64,000 nt of DNA from Octopus sinensis. Lineage: Eukaryota. The position numbers were made by a program, and so were the translations under genes. Location: the NCBI RefSeq assembly GCF_006345805.1, contig NC_042998.1:182466001-182530000 (forward strand), given 5' to 3'. Below the pieces are notes generated by a model that searched no databases, had not been told where the DNA came from, and was given only the letters and a program-made list of their open reading frames with translations. Of the stretch, positions 52,673-64,000 are shown piece after piece; position 1 is the stretch's first letter, and the number at the start of each line of letters is the position of its first letter.

Positions 52673-52916
52673 CGGAGCTTAAAATAAAGTATATATATAT
52701 ATATACATATACATATATACATAGAGAGAGAGAAAGCGAGAGAGAGGTAGGCAGTCAGGATTTGCATAAGAAATTTTTATTTAGCTCTTTTGTCCTTTTG
52801 AGATTTTTATCAACACACTAAATAAATATTCGGTATCCAAATACTACCTCCATTTTTTTTTATATACATACATACATGCTTTTATGTGTACATACATACA
52901 TATGATATATATCATG

Positions 52917-52950
<34 letters not shown>

Positions 52951-54321
52951 ATATATATATAGACCGGAGCTTAAAATAAAGTATATATATATATATACAT
53001 ATACATATATACATAGAGAGAGAGAAAGCGAGAGAGAGGTAGGCAGTCAGGATTTGCATAAGAAATTTTTATTTAGCTCTTTTGTCCTTTTGAGATTTTT
53101 ATCAACACACTAAATAAATATTCGGTATCCAAATACTACCTCCATTTTTTTTTAATATACATACATACATGCTTTTATGTGTACATACATACATATGATA
53201 TATATCATGTATATATATATATATATATATATACATACATACATGCATACATACATACATATATGTATATAGATATCTACCTCATATGTGGGCAATTCTT
53301 TCTTTGGGTGTGCTTGTGGATCTGTTAGCTAACTCCTCATACATTGTTTAATCAATTTCAATGAAACTTGACACGTGAGGAGAACTCATGTCTAGAAACC
53401 TCATGGCATACTCAAACTGTTGAAAAATTGACAGAAGGGCCCCTGGAAGAAATCCTTATATATAAACAAGGGAAATAACCCATTCATTTACCTAAATTAT
53501 TGGTAAAAAGGAAATTGAGTATGCTTATTTCTTAGTATTTGAACTGTTAGAGTTATTTTAACAATTTATCCAGTACAGCCTTAAACAAGTAAATAGTATT
53601 TTACTAAACAATAAATCAACTTATTTCGGTTAGTGACTTATTCACGAATATATCAACACCACCACCCCTGAGGGTAATATTCTCAAGGAATGCACGAAAG
53701 CCTTTTCAGAGTTATTTACTTAAATTGTTATCTCAAATTTGATTAGCCTGTTATTATGTAACATTCCACGACTATAGAATAATATACTTTATATAGTATT
53801 TATCTTCTTATTTGTTCTATATACTCTGGGAATGCATTAAAGCCCTTTTTCGGGCTACTTTATTTGAATTCTTACTATCCGATAACTAATTTCATGTTAT
53901 TGCATAACTTACTTCACAATTTGGGTATTCGTAATTTATTTAGAAGTCCTAAAATCAAGATCCTGTGTAAGAGAGTTCAGTATTCTCTATAGATGCACAA
54001 AAACCGTTTTAAGGGATACATAATTTGTATCGCTGTTATTGGATTACATATAATACATCAAAAAGAAGTGAACTTGTTATGAAATCCACAGAATAAAACA
54101 AGAGTTCCTCTTTAGCGAATATGAAATATAATGTGTTTTCAATGTATAATGATAAATCATTCCCTTGTAAAGATTCTGATATATTTTGTACAAGAAATAC
54201 GGTGGCCCTGTTAACATGTTGAATTAGCAGTTTTATCTATTATGATAGACATATACATACATACACATACATACACACACACATACACACACACATACAT
54301 ACACACATACATACACACACA

Positions 54322-54354
<33 letters not shown>

Positions 54355-54434
54355 TATACTTATACAAATAGATGCATGTGTACTAAAGAAGATATTGCTT
54401 CCTAAACCGAGGTCAACATGTCCAAAGTAATTAC

Positions 54435-54487
54435 CATTTCAAATTCTGTTGACTCATTTTGCTAGATCTAGGTAGTGGGCCCATTGG
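54435..54487 (-). CDS. Repeat exon copy of PMGPLPRSSKHESTEFEM with a 1-bp deletion (53 nt)
   Basis: Identical to 61859-61912 except for one missing base; either a frameshift or a sequencing error. Confidence 0.55.
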
Positions 54488-56203
54488 CTGTAAAATTGAA
54501 TAAAATCAGAAACATATTGTATTAAAATAATAAATTTTCAAAACAAATCATCTTAATTTGTAAAAGAACTCATGAATGTATACAGATATATAATATATAG
54601 ATAGATAGATGATAAAGGTTAAAATACAAAAGCCATAATGGTAACAATGTTTAGTCTCAACATTACAATAAATACACTGCACTTTTACTGTGAGCACATT
54701 TCCTCTTGTACGGAAACTAAAACTAACAAATACACATATGCACACATAGTACATACAGACACTCCCATACACATATACTCACACACACACCCACACACAC
54801 ACACTTTGCATAAGAATTTAAATGGTCTTCATTCAGTAATTAATTCATCCACATATTTACAACATCATAATCTTATCTTCAAGATTATGTGTGTTGGCAC
54901 TACTTTTATAGTAAGAAGGGGTAATTCAATTTTGACTGTTAAATTTTGTCATCAATCAAAAGTTTACAACGCAAACAGTCAAAATTCAAATTTTGGCAGT
55001 AACATTACTCTAAAGTGGTAGCAACACATCCAGCATCTCTTCATTCTGAAGATGAGGCCATGAAGTTCTAGGAACGAACTGAAAGGAAATTTATGAAAAT
55101 ATGAAAAAGAACTTGATAAAAAAAATGTGCCACATAAAAAGCACTTGTGCTGGTATCACGTAAAAAGCACACATGCTGCTGCCATGTAAGACCTACCATG
55201 ATGGAGTCACATAAAAAGTACCTACACTGGTGTCTTGTAAAGAGCCCTCGCTACATTCTGTAAAGTGGTTGGCATTAGCAAGAACATCCAGCTATAGAAA
55301 TCATGCTAAAATAAACAATTGAAGTCAGGTGCAGCTCTTCAGATTGCTAGCTCCTGTCAAACCATTCAACACATGCCAGCATGGAAAACGGATTTTAAAT
55401 GACTTGTTTAGTTTATTTCTTCAGATTTTCTATATAAATTATAGTCAGCCCTGATTTTGCTCCAACATTTCTTGAGATCGAAGATGAAAACGGATAGTGG
55501 GCATACATGAAATATTTCAGGAAGTTTTCCTCTTTCATCAGCACCCAGCCAACCTATAAATCATCCATGAACAAATTGATTATTAAACAGCTACTAAATA
55601 CAGCTGTGTAACTTTACACAATATACCAATTATCAACAAACATTTGTGAAGCGTGCATAAATATTAATGACGCATTATTAAGTCAAAACAAAATTAGTGG
55701 TGGCTATAATTTCTATAGAAAATCTGTAGGGATAACTTTAACGAGTGATGTAATAGTTAACACAGCAGAACAGAGACTTATAAAAACATTAGATATAATT
55801 GTAGTATATCATGGTCACATAATGAAATACAGTGTCCCTACACATCATTAATATGGACATCATATATGTATGTATGTATTATATGTAAGTATATGTATGT
55901 GTGCATATATATATATATGTATATATAGATAAGAAAGTTTGTTTGGTAAAGCACGTGGGTGAATATATAAGAAAATAGTAAAGTGTGAAAAAACGACAGA
56001 AGGCTTAAATGTTAAAAAATATATATATTTGTGTCAAAATGTCTGGAGAATATTGGAAAAATTTTTTTTTTTTTTTTCCTTTCCTTAAAATGACATAATT
56101 TTAAAAATTTTTAAAGAAAAAATCACTCACTACCTCCCCTTATTTAGAAATCTCCTGGAAATAAAAACAACGATAATTCCATGCAATATAAACATAACGT
56201 CAC

Positions 56204-56243
56204 AAGAAATTTGAAAAGCTACATGCGAAACCGGTAATTTCTT
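56204..56243 (+). ncRNA. Hammerhead ribozyme, U3-A8 variant, 5' pseudo-LTR
   Basis: aagaaat-TTGAAAA-GC-tacat-GC-GAAA-CCGGT-A-atttctt: 7-bp stem I, 2-bp stem II, palindromic ACCGGT stem III. Confidence 0.7.
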
Positions 56244-59200
56244 TAAAAATTTTTTAAATTATGTCATTTTAAGGAAAGGAAAAAAAAAAAAAATTTTCCA
56301 ATATTCTCCAGACATTTTGACACAAATATATATATATTTTTTAACATTTTAGCCTTCTGTCGTTTTTTCACACTTTACTATTTTCTTTATATATTCACCC
56401 ACGTGCTTTACCAAACAAACTTTCTTATCTATATATTAAACACATGAGAACGAAAATGCCACAGAAGTCAAACACCTCGGACAAAACCTTAAATGAGGAC
56501 ATACTCAAGAACTGAAAAATATTAATTCACAGCTTCTTAACCTGAACAACAAAATTGAGGAATCAAACTTACTCGCCCGGGAAAGTAAAAGTAAAAGCAA
56601 TGAAGATGCAACCCGTTACACTGACCAGGTGAGTAAGGATCTACACAACTGTATATACAACACTGAACTCAATTTTCATCAACAAATCCGAAAATAATAC
56701 ACAGGCACCTAATGAAACACAGCAGGACACCATACGCACCCAAACCAACCCAACAAAAAGAAAAATAGGAAACGTTTGGAATAAAACTGCACAACAGAAA
56801 ACTCACCTACTGGAACATGATAAAAAATTCCAACAAAGCAGATATCTACGAGGGATGGATAAACTCAACACCAATTATCCTCCCACGCAAATTCCAGATA
56901 AAATTAATTCCTAACGAGCCTGACGGACAGAGATCTATTAGAGAAAAGTCAGCTCTGTTCAATTTTAAATCAGAAATAGAGCTTCTAAGACTCAGGGCCT
57001 CCACAAATGAAGAAAAACTTAAAAGCATAGACGAGGAGATGCACAATCTAATACTAAAATATACCGAGGGACAACCCCTCGATAATACATTGGATCACTG
57101 GAAGGATTCCTGTGAGAGAGAAGAGAGAAATTCTCTCCTACGCTGGGAGAAAAACATGGACTTCTTCCAAAAATATAGTGAAACCTTCAAAAATGAATTG
57201 GGTACAAATAATCCCTTCCTTAAGAAAATTACAATAAATAAAAAAGAAAAACTAACAACCCACGAACAACCCCCAACTATCCTCCATACACTAAAAACAG
57301 AAATCACCCACAACCAACCTTTACAAACCACGCTAGACCTAACAGGGAACTAGCTGAAAGAGGACGCATCTATGAAAGAAATTACACCAAAAACAGAACA
57401 AACAACAACATCCTAATACCAGACCCAACCACCATACAGCACAATACGACACTAGGATAAGAAATACACCACACACAAATCACTACTACCCCATGAACCA
57501 AAACTACTGGTCCCCACTAAACACAAGACAAATGCAAAGAAACACTATGTCAAGCAACATCCCACATACAAGAAGTTCGAAACAAAAATATTCCCCATAC
57601 AGAAATTTACACACACCACAAGCATTAACAACCATAGATTCCCCCACACACACAACGATCGGAGGCAACAATACCACCACTCCCCCGACCAAATACCACA
57701 CAACCTCACAGACAACTCATACAAACAAAATTACACCCAACATTTTTTAGCCAGGGACCAGGGACACCAGGACACAGGCTGGAACCTAGTAATAAGGAAA
57801 ACCGAAGATAATCAATCTTTCAACCAAACCTCTTTCTAACATAAAAATTGACATCCTCGCAAAAGGCTCAAATTTACACCAACTCCACGCAGAGCAAACC
57901 TAAATGAACTCAAGGATAATATAACAGAATTTTGCAGAAAATTAAGACTAGCAGAAGCATCAAACAGTTTCAATACTGAAGATGAATCACTAGTCAAGAA
58001 CAAAAGTGAACACATCCCACACAGAGGAAGAAATAAAGATCTTGACGAATTCTGTAACCACATTGAGAACTTCCCCTACCATACTATACATAAACAGAAA
58101 GCTAACCCAAATTTTAACACTACACAATGGAAAGAACTGATAGAACTCCAAAATGATGAAGATATAACCATTAAGGAAGCGGACAAGGGAAATGCAGTTG
58201 TAATAATGGATACATCATACTACAGAAATCTTGTAATTTCCTTGCTTGATGAAGACCTACATTATGAAAAAATTACCAACTACACCCCACAAAAAATAAT
58301 GAAAACTCTATCTTCACTAATTAAAACCCATGAAAAGGAACTGACAACCAAAGAGATTGATTTCCTAACAAACTTTAAATGCAAACCTAGCCTTTTCTAT
58401 GGTCTGCCAAAAATTCATAAAAGTCAAATTATAAATGAAACCATTAAAAAATCACCAAAGACATACATACACCTAATCCGGGGGACCTAAAACTACGACC
58501 CATTGTAGCTGGCCCAACCTGTGAAACACACAGACTAAGTCTACTTATGGACATCCTCTTGAAACCCTTCCTTAAACATATCGATAGCCATATCAGAGAT
58601 GACTTAGATATGTTAAACCACCTCCCAAAAAAAACCAAGGAAGAAACAATCCTGGTTTCATTTGATGTAGTCAACTTGTATACCAGTATTCCTCATAATT
58701 ATGGACTGGAGGCAATACAATTCTGGTTAGACCAATTTCTGGAAGAAATACCAAAAAGGATCAGTAAGGAATTCATTACTAAATCAATTGAATTCATCCT
58801 ACACAATAACCACTTCATGTTTGACAATACATTTTACCGTCAAAAATCCGGAATTGCTATGGGTACAAGGGCAGCACCAGTCATTGCGAACTTAACAATG
58901 GGATACATGGAAATAATCATTTACCAGGAATCTCTATCAATCTTTGGAAACTCCCTCTCTCAATACATAAAAGAGAATTGGAAACGATTCCTAGACGATT
59001 GTTTCATTCTCTGGAATGAAAACATAGATAAACTCCTAAAATTTAAAAACCTATTGAACAGCATAAACCCAAATATACAGTTCACAATGGAATACAACCA
59101 AAAGGAGCTCCCGTTCTTGGATATACTAATTAAAAAAATTAACCTTAAAATAGAAACAGACATTTTTTACAAAGCCACAGACGCCAAACAATACCTTCTT

Positions 59201-60202
59201 TTTAATTCATGCCACCCAAGACACACTAAAACAAACATCCCCTTCAACCTTGCAAGAAGGATATGCACAATAGTGTCAGAACAAAATACCAGGAACTTTA
59301 GACTGCAAGAACTCAAAAACACCCTAATTGACAGACATTACCCAGCTCAACTCATAGAGGATGGGATCAGACGTGCAACAGAAATCAACATAGAAACTTT
59401 AAGAAAAGTTCAACACAACAACACACCTTCCCCGAAAATACTACCTTACATATCTACATACAACCCCAGAAACAAAGAAGCCTTCACCATCATCACCAGA
59501 GATTTACCAATACTTCATAAAAACCCAAAATTAAAGGAAATTCTAAACATACACCAAATCATTAAAAGCTACAAACAGCCTAAATCACTTAAAAAGATTC
59601 TCACAAAGGCAAAATTGTCTTCTAAAATTACGGATGCAAAAGTAAAAAAATGTGGTAGATCGAACTGTGCAACATGTCCTAACCTATTGGAAGGATCAGA
59701 ATTCTTCTTTAAAGAGGGACAGAAATTTAAGATCAAATCTAACTTTACTTGTGCCTCTGAAAACATAATTTATGTATTAAATGCTCGGGCTGCCACCAAG
59801 ACTACGTGGGTTCCATGGGACTATCACTCAGGCGCAGATGCACACTGCATCGACAACAGATTGCATTCCCAGAATATAGAATGATACCTTTTAGTGAGCA
59901 CATTGAGAAATGCGCAAAGCAACTACTGCCACAATTTTTAATCTTCCCATTTTACCAATGTGCTTTCGGATCATCAACACAAATGAGACTGAACAAGGAA
60001 ACATTCTTCATTGAAAAGTACAAACCCAGACTCAACCATCCGAACATACTGACACAGAGAAATTAACAAGGAAAAGGGAAAAAAAAATTTTTAAGCGATT
60101 ATCTCCCCTACACCGGAAAAAATCACTCACTACCTCCCCTTATTTAGAAATCTCCTGGAAATAAAAACAACGATAATTCCATGCAATAAAACATAACGTC
60201 AC

Positions 60203-60242
60203 AAGAAATTTGAAAAGCTACACGCGAAACCGGTAATTTCTT
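60203..60242 (+). ncRNA. Hammerhead ribozyme, U3-A8 variant, 3' pseudo-LTR
   Basis: Same fold as 56204-56243; the only change is in the stem II loop (tacac). Confidence 0.7.
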
Positions 60243-61743
60243 AAAAAATTTTTTAAATTATGTCATTTTAAGGAAACGAAAAAAAAATTTTTCCAATATT
60301 CTCCAGACATTTTGACACAAATATATATATTTTTTAACATTTAAGCCTTCTGTCGTTTTTTCACACTTTACTATTTTCTTATATGTATATATATATATAC
60401 ATATATATATAGAGAGAAAGAGAGAGAGAGGTAGGCAGTCAGGATTTGCATAAGAAATTTTTATTTAGCTCTTTTGTCCTTTTGAGATTTTTATCAACAC
60501 ACTAAATAAATAGTCGGTATCCAAATACTACCTCCATTTTTATTTAATATACATACATACATGCTTTTATGTGTACATACATACATATGATATATATCAT
60601 GTATATATATATATATATTATATATATTATATATTATATATATAATATACTACATACATACATACATGCATACATACATACATATATGTATATAGATAAC
60701 TACCTCATATGTGGGCAATTCTTTCTTTGGGTGTGCTTGTGGATCTGTTAGCTAACTTCTCATACATGTTTTATCAATTTCAATGAAACTTGACACGTCA
60801 GGAGAACTCATGTCTAGAAACCTCATGGCATACTCAAACTGTTGAAAAATTGACAGAAGGGCCCCTGGAAGGAATCCTTATATATAACAAGGGAAATAAC
60901 CCATTCATTTACCTAAATTATTTGGTAAAAAGGAAATTGAGTATGCTTATTTCTTAGTATTTGAACTGTTAGAGTTATTTTAACAATTTATCCAGTACAG
61001 CCTTTAAACAAGTAAATAGTATTTTACTAAACAATAAATCAACTTATTTCGGTTAGTGACTTATACACGAATATATCAACACCACCACCCCTGAGGGTAA
61101 TATTCTCAAGGAATGCACGAAAGCCCTTTTCAGAGTTATTTACTTTAAATTGTTATCTCAAATTTAATTAGCCTGTTATTATGTAACATGCTTCACGATT
61201 ATAGAATAATATACTTTATTAGAATTTCCTTTTATGTTCTATATACTCTGGGAATGCATTAAAGCCCTTTTTCGGGCTACTTTATTTGAATTCTTACTAT
61301 CCGAAAACTAATTTCATGTTATTGCATAACTTACTTCAGAATTTGGGTATTCATAATTTATTTAGAAGTCCTAAATTCAAGATCCTGTGTAAGAGAGTTC
61401 AGTATTCTCTATAGATGCACAAAAACCATTTTAAGGGATACATAATTTGTATCGCTGTTATTGGATTACATATAATACATCAAAAAGAAGTGAACTTGTT
61501 ATGAAATCCACAGAATAAAACAAGAGTTCCTCTTTAGCGAATATGAAATATAATGTGTTTTCAATGTTATAATGATAAATCATTCCCTTGTAAAGATTCT
61601 GATATATTTTTGTACAAGAAATATGGTGGCCCTGTTAACATGCTGAATTTAGCAGTTTTATCTATCATGATAGACATATACATACATACACATACATACA
61701 CACACACATACACACACACATACATACACACATACATACACAC

Positions 61744-61775
<32 letters not shown>

Positions 61776-61858
61776 TATACTTATACAAATATAGATGCAT
61801 GTGTACTAAAGAAGATATTTGCTTCCTAAACCGAGGTCAACATGTCCAAAGTAATTAC

Positions 61859-61912
61859 CATTTCAAATTCTGTTGACTCATGTTTGCTAGATCTAGGTAG
61901 TGGGCCCATTGG
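61859..61912 (-). CDS. 54-nt repeat exon (PMGPLPRSSKHESTEFEM)
   Basis: ttttacag acceptor, GAAATG|GTAATT donor, phase 0 to 0, intact. Confidence 0.7.
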
Positions 61913-63330
61913 CTGTAAAATTAAATAAAATCAGAAACATTATTGTATTAAAATAATAAATTTTCAAAACAAATCATTTCTAATTTGTTAAAAGAACTCA
62001 TGAATGTATACAGATATATATATATATAGATAGATAGATGATAAAGGTTAAAATACAAAAGCCATAATGGTAACAATGTTTAGTCTCAACATTACAATAA
62101 ATACACTGCACTTTTACTGTGAGCACATTTCCTCTTGTACGGAAACTAAAACTAACAAATACACATATGCACACATAGTACATACAGACACTCCCATACA
62201 CATATACTCACACACACACCCACACACAACACTTTGCATAAGAATTTAAAATGGTCTTCATTCAGTAATTAATTCATCCACATATTTACAACATCATAAT
62301 CTTATCTTCAAGATTATGTTTGTTGGCACTACTTTTATAGTAAGAAGGGGTAATTCAATTTTGACTGTTAAATTTTGTCATCAATCAAAAGTTTACAACG
62401 CAAACAGTCAAAATTCAAATTTTGGCAGTAACATTACTCTAAAGTGGTAGCAACACATCCAGCATCTCTTCATTCTGAAGATGAGGCCATGAAGTTCTAG
62501 GAACGAACTGAAAGGAAATTCTATGAAAATATGAAAAAGAACTTGATAAAAAAAATGTGCCACATAAAAAGCACTTGTGCTGGTATCACGTAAAAAGCAC
62601 ACATGCTGCTGCCATGTAAGACCTACCATGATGGAGTCACATAAAAAGTACCTACACTGGTGTCTTGTAAAGAGCCCTCGCTACATTCTGTAAAGTGGTT
62701 GGCATTAGCAAGAACATCCAGCTATAGAAATCATGCTAAAATAAACAATTGAAGTCAGGTGCAGCTCTTCAGATTGCTAGCTCCTGTCAAACCATTCAAC
62801 ACATGCCAGCATGGAAAACGGATTTTAAATGACTTGTTTAGTTTATTTCTTCAGATTTTCTATAGTAATTATAGTCAGCCCTGATTTTGCTCCAACATTT
62901 CTTGAGATCGAAGATGAAAACGGATAGTGGGAATACATGAAATATTTCAGGAATTTTTCCTCTTTCATCAGCACCCAGCCAACCCATAAATCATCCATGA
63001 ACAAATTGATTAAACAGCTACTAAATACAGCTGTGTAACTTTACACAATATACCAATTATCAAAAAACATTTGTGAAGCTGCTGCATAAATATTAATGAC
63101 GTATTATTAATGTCAAAACAAAATTAGTGGTGGCTATAATTTCTATAGAAAATCTGTAGGGATAACTTTAACGAGTGATGTAATAGTTAACACAGCAGAA
63201 CAGAGACTTATAAAAACATTAGATATAATTTGTAGTATATCATGGTCACATAATGAAATACAGTGTCCCTACACATCATTAATATGGACATCATATATAT
63301 GTATGTATGTATTATATGTAAGTATATGTA

Positions 63331-63374
<44 letters not shown>

Positions 63375-63606
63375 TATATATATAGAGAGAGAGAGAGAAA
63401 GAGAGAGAGAGATAGGCTGTCAGGATTTGCATAAGAAATTTTTATTTAGCTCTTTTGTCCTTTTGAGATTTTTATCAACACACTAAATAAATAGTCCGTA
63501 TCCAAATACTACCTCCATTTCTTTTTAATATATAAAATCTGTACATCACCTCAAATATACATACATACATGCTTTTATGTGTACATACATACATATGATA
63601 TATATC

Positions 63607-63645
<39 letters not shown>

Positions 63646-64000
63646 CATACATGCATACATACATACATATATGTATATAGATATCTACATCATATGTGGC
63701 CAATTCTTTCTTTGGGTGTGCTTGTGGATCTGTTAGCTAATTCCTCATACATTGTTTAATCAATTTCAATGAAACTTGACACGTGAGGAGAACTCATGTC
63801 TAGAAACCTCATGGCATACTCAAAACGTTGAAAAATTGACAGAAGGGCCCCTGGAAGGAATCCTTATATATAAACAAGGGAAATAACCCATTCATTTACC
63901 TAAATTATTTGGTAAAAAGGAAATTGAGTATGCTTATTTCTTAGTATTTGAACTGTTAGAATTATTTTAACAATTTATCCAGTACAGCCTTTAAACAAGT

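Larger units (their letters stand above)
55921..60384 (+). mobile_element. Penelope-like element, near full length
   Basis: RT motifs VSFDVVNLYTSIP, GIAMGTRAAP and RFLDDCF; C-terminal GIY-YIG (IIYV..YVG..LRRRCTLH across a frameshift). Direct pseudo-LTRs ~56116-56390 and ~60116-60384; inverted 5' copy 55921-56119; sits in a (TA)n tract. Confidence 0.93.
49950..64000. repeat. Tandem array of ~3-kb exon+intron units plus older partial units
   Basis: Marker CATGAATGTATACAGATATA at ~51300, ~54571 and ~62000; near-identical bodies; older homologous segments at 49950-50620 and 51030-51300. Confidence 0.92.

Noticed and set aside
56625-56640. CAG|GTGAGT donor suggesting a retained intron in the Penelope element
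   Set aside because: The reading frame continues through it and no convincing acceptor follows.

Overview
AT-rich, microsatellite- and repeat-dense eukaryotic genomic DNA. The SINE/LINE repertoire looks like a coleoid cephalopod (Octopus-type), which is inferred from repeat families and not checked against a database. Most ORFs in the supplied track are microsatellite or TE artefacts. Manual splice-aware reading gives three host-derived sequences. (1) A large minus-strand gene spans at least 16.4-62 kb. Its N-terminal part is a series of phase-0 symmetric micro-exons (30-72 nt) encoding Ser/Pro/Lys-rich repeats. The most 5' of these are being amplified as ~3-kb exon+intron tandem units (50-64 kb). 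They are followed by a coiled-coil, a single hydrophobic segment and a short tail. (2) A two-exon plus-strand gene (8510-9984) encodes an 88-aa signal-peptide protein that is Lys-rich and ends in KKEL. (3) A truncated SLC25A51-like fragment with an in-frame stop is nested in the last intron of the minus-strand gene. Mobile elements include a near full-length Penelope-like element whose pseudo-LTRs each carry a U3-A8 variant hammerhead ribozyme, a second hammerhead motif at 41.1 kb, an RT-deleted Gypsy element, a mariner, RTE, CR1, R4/Dong and CRE-like LINE fragments, several SINE families, Helentron-type non-autonomous elements and palindromic MITEs. All exon models and ribozyme folds were read by eye and need RNA-seq or computational confirmation. 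Frequent 1-bp indels in the 50-64 kb region may be consensus errors.
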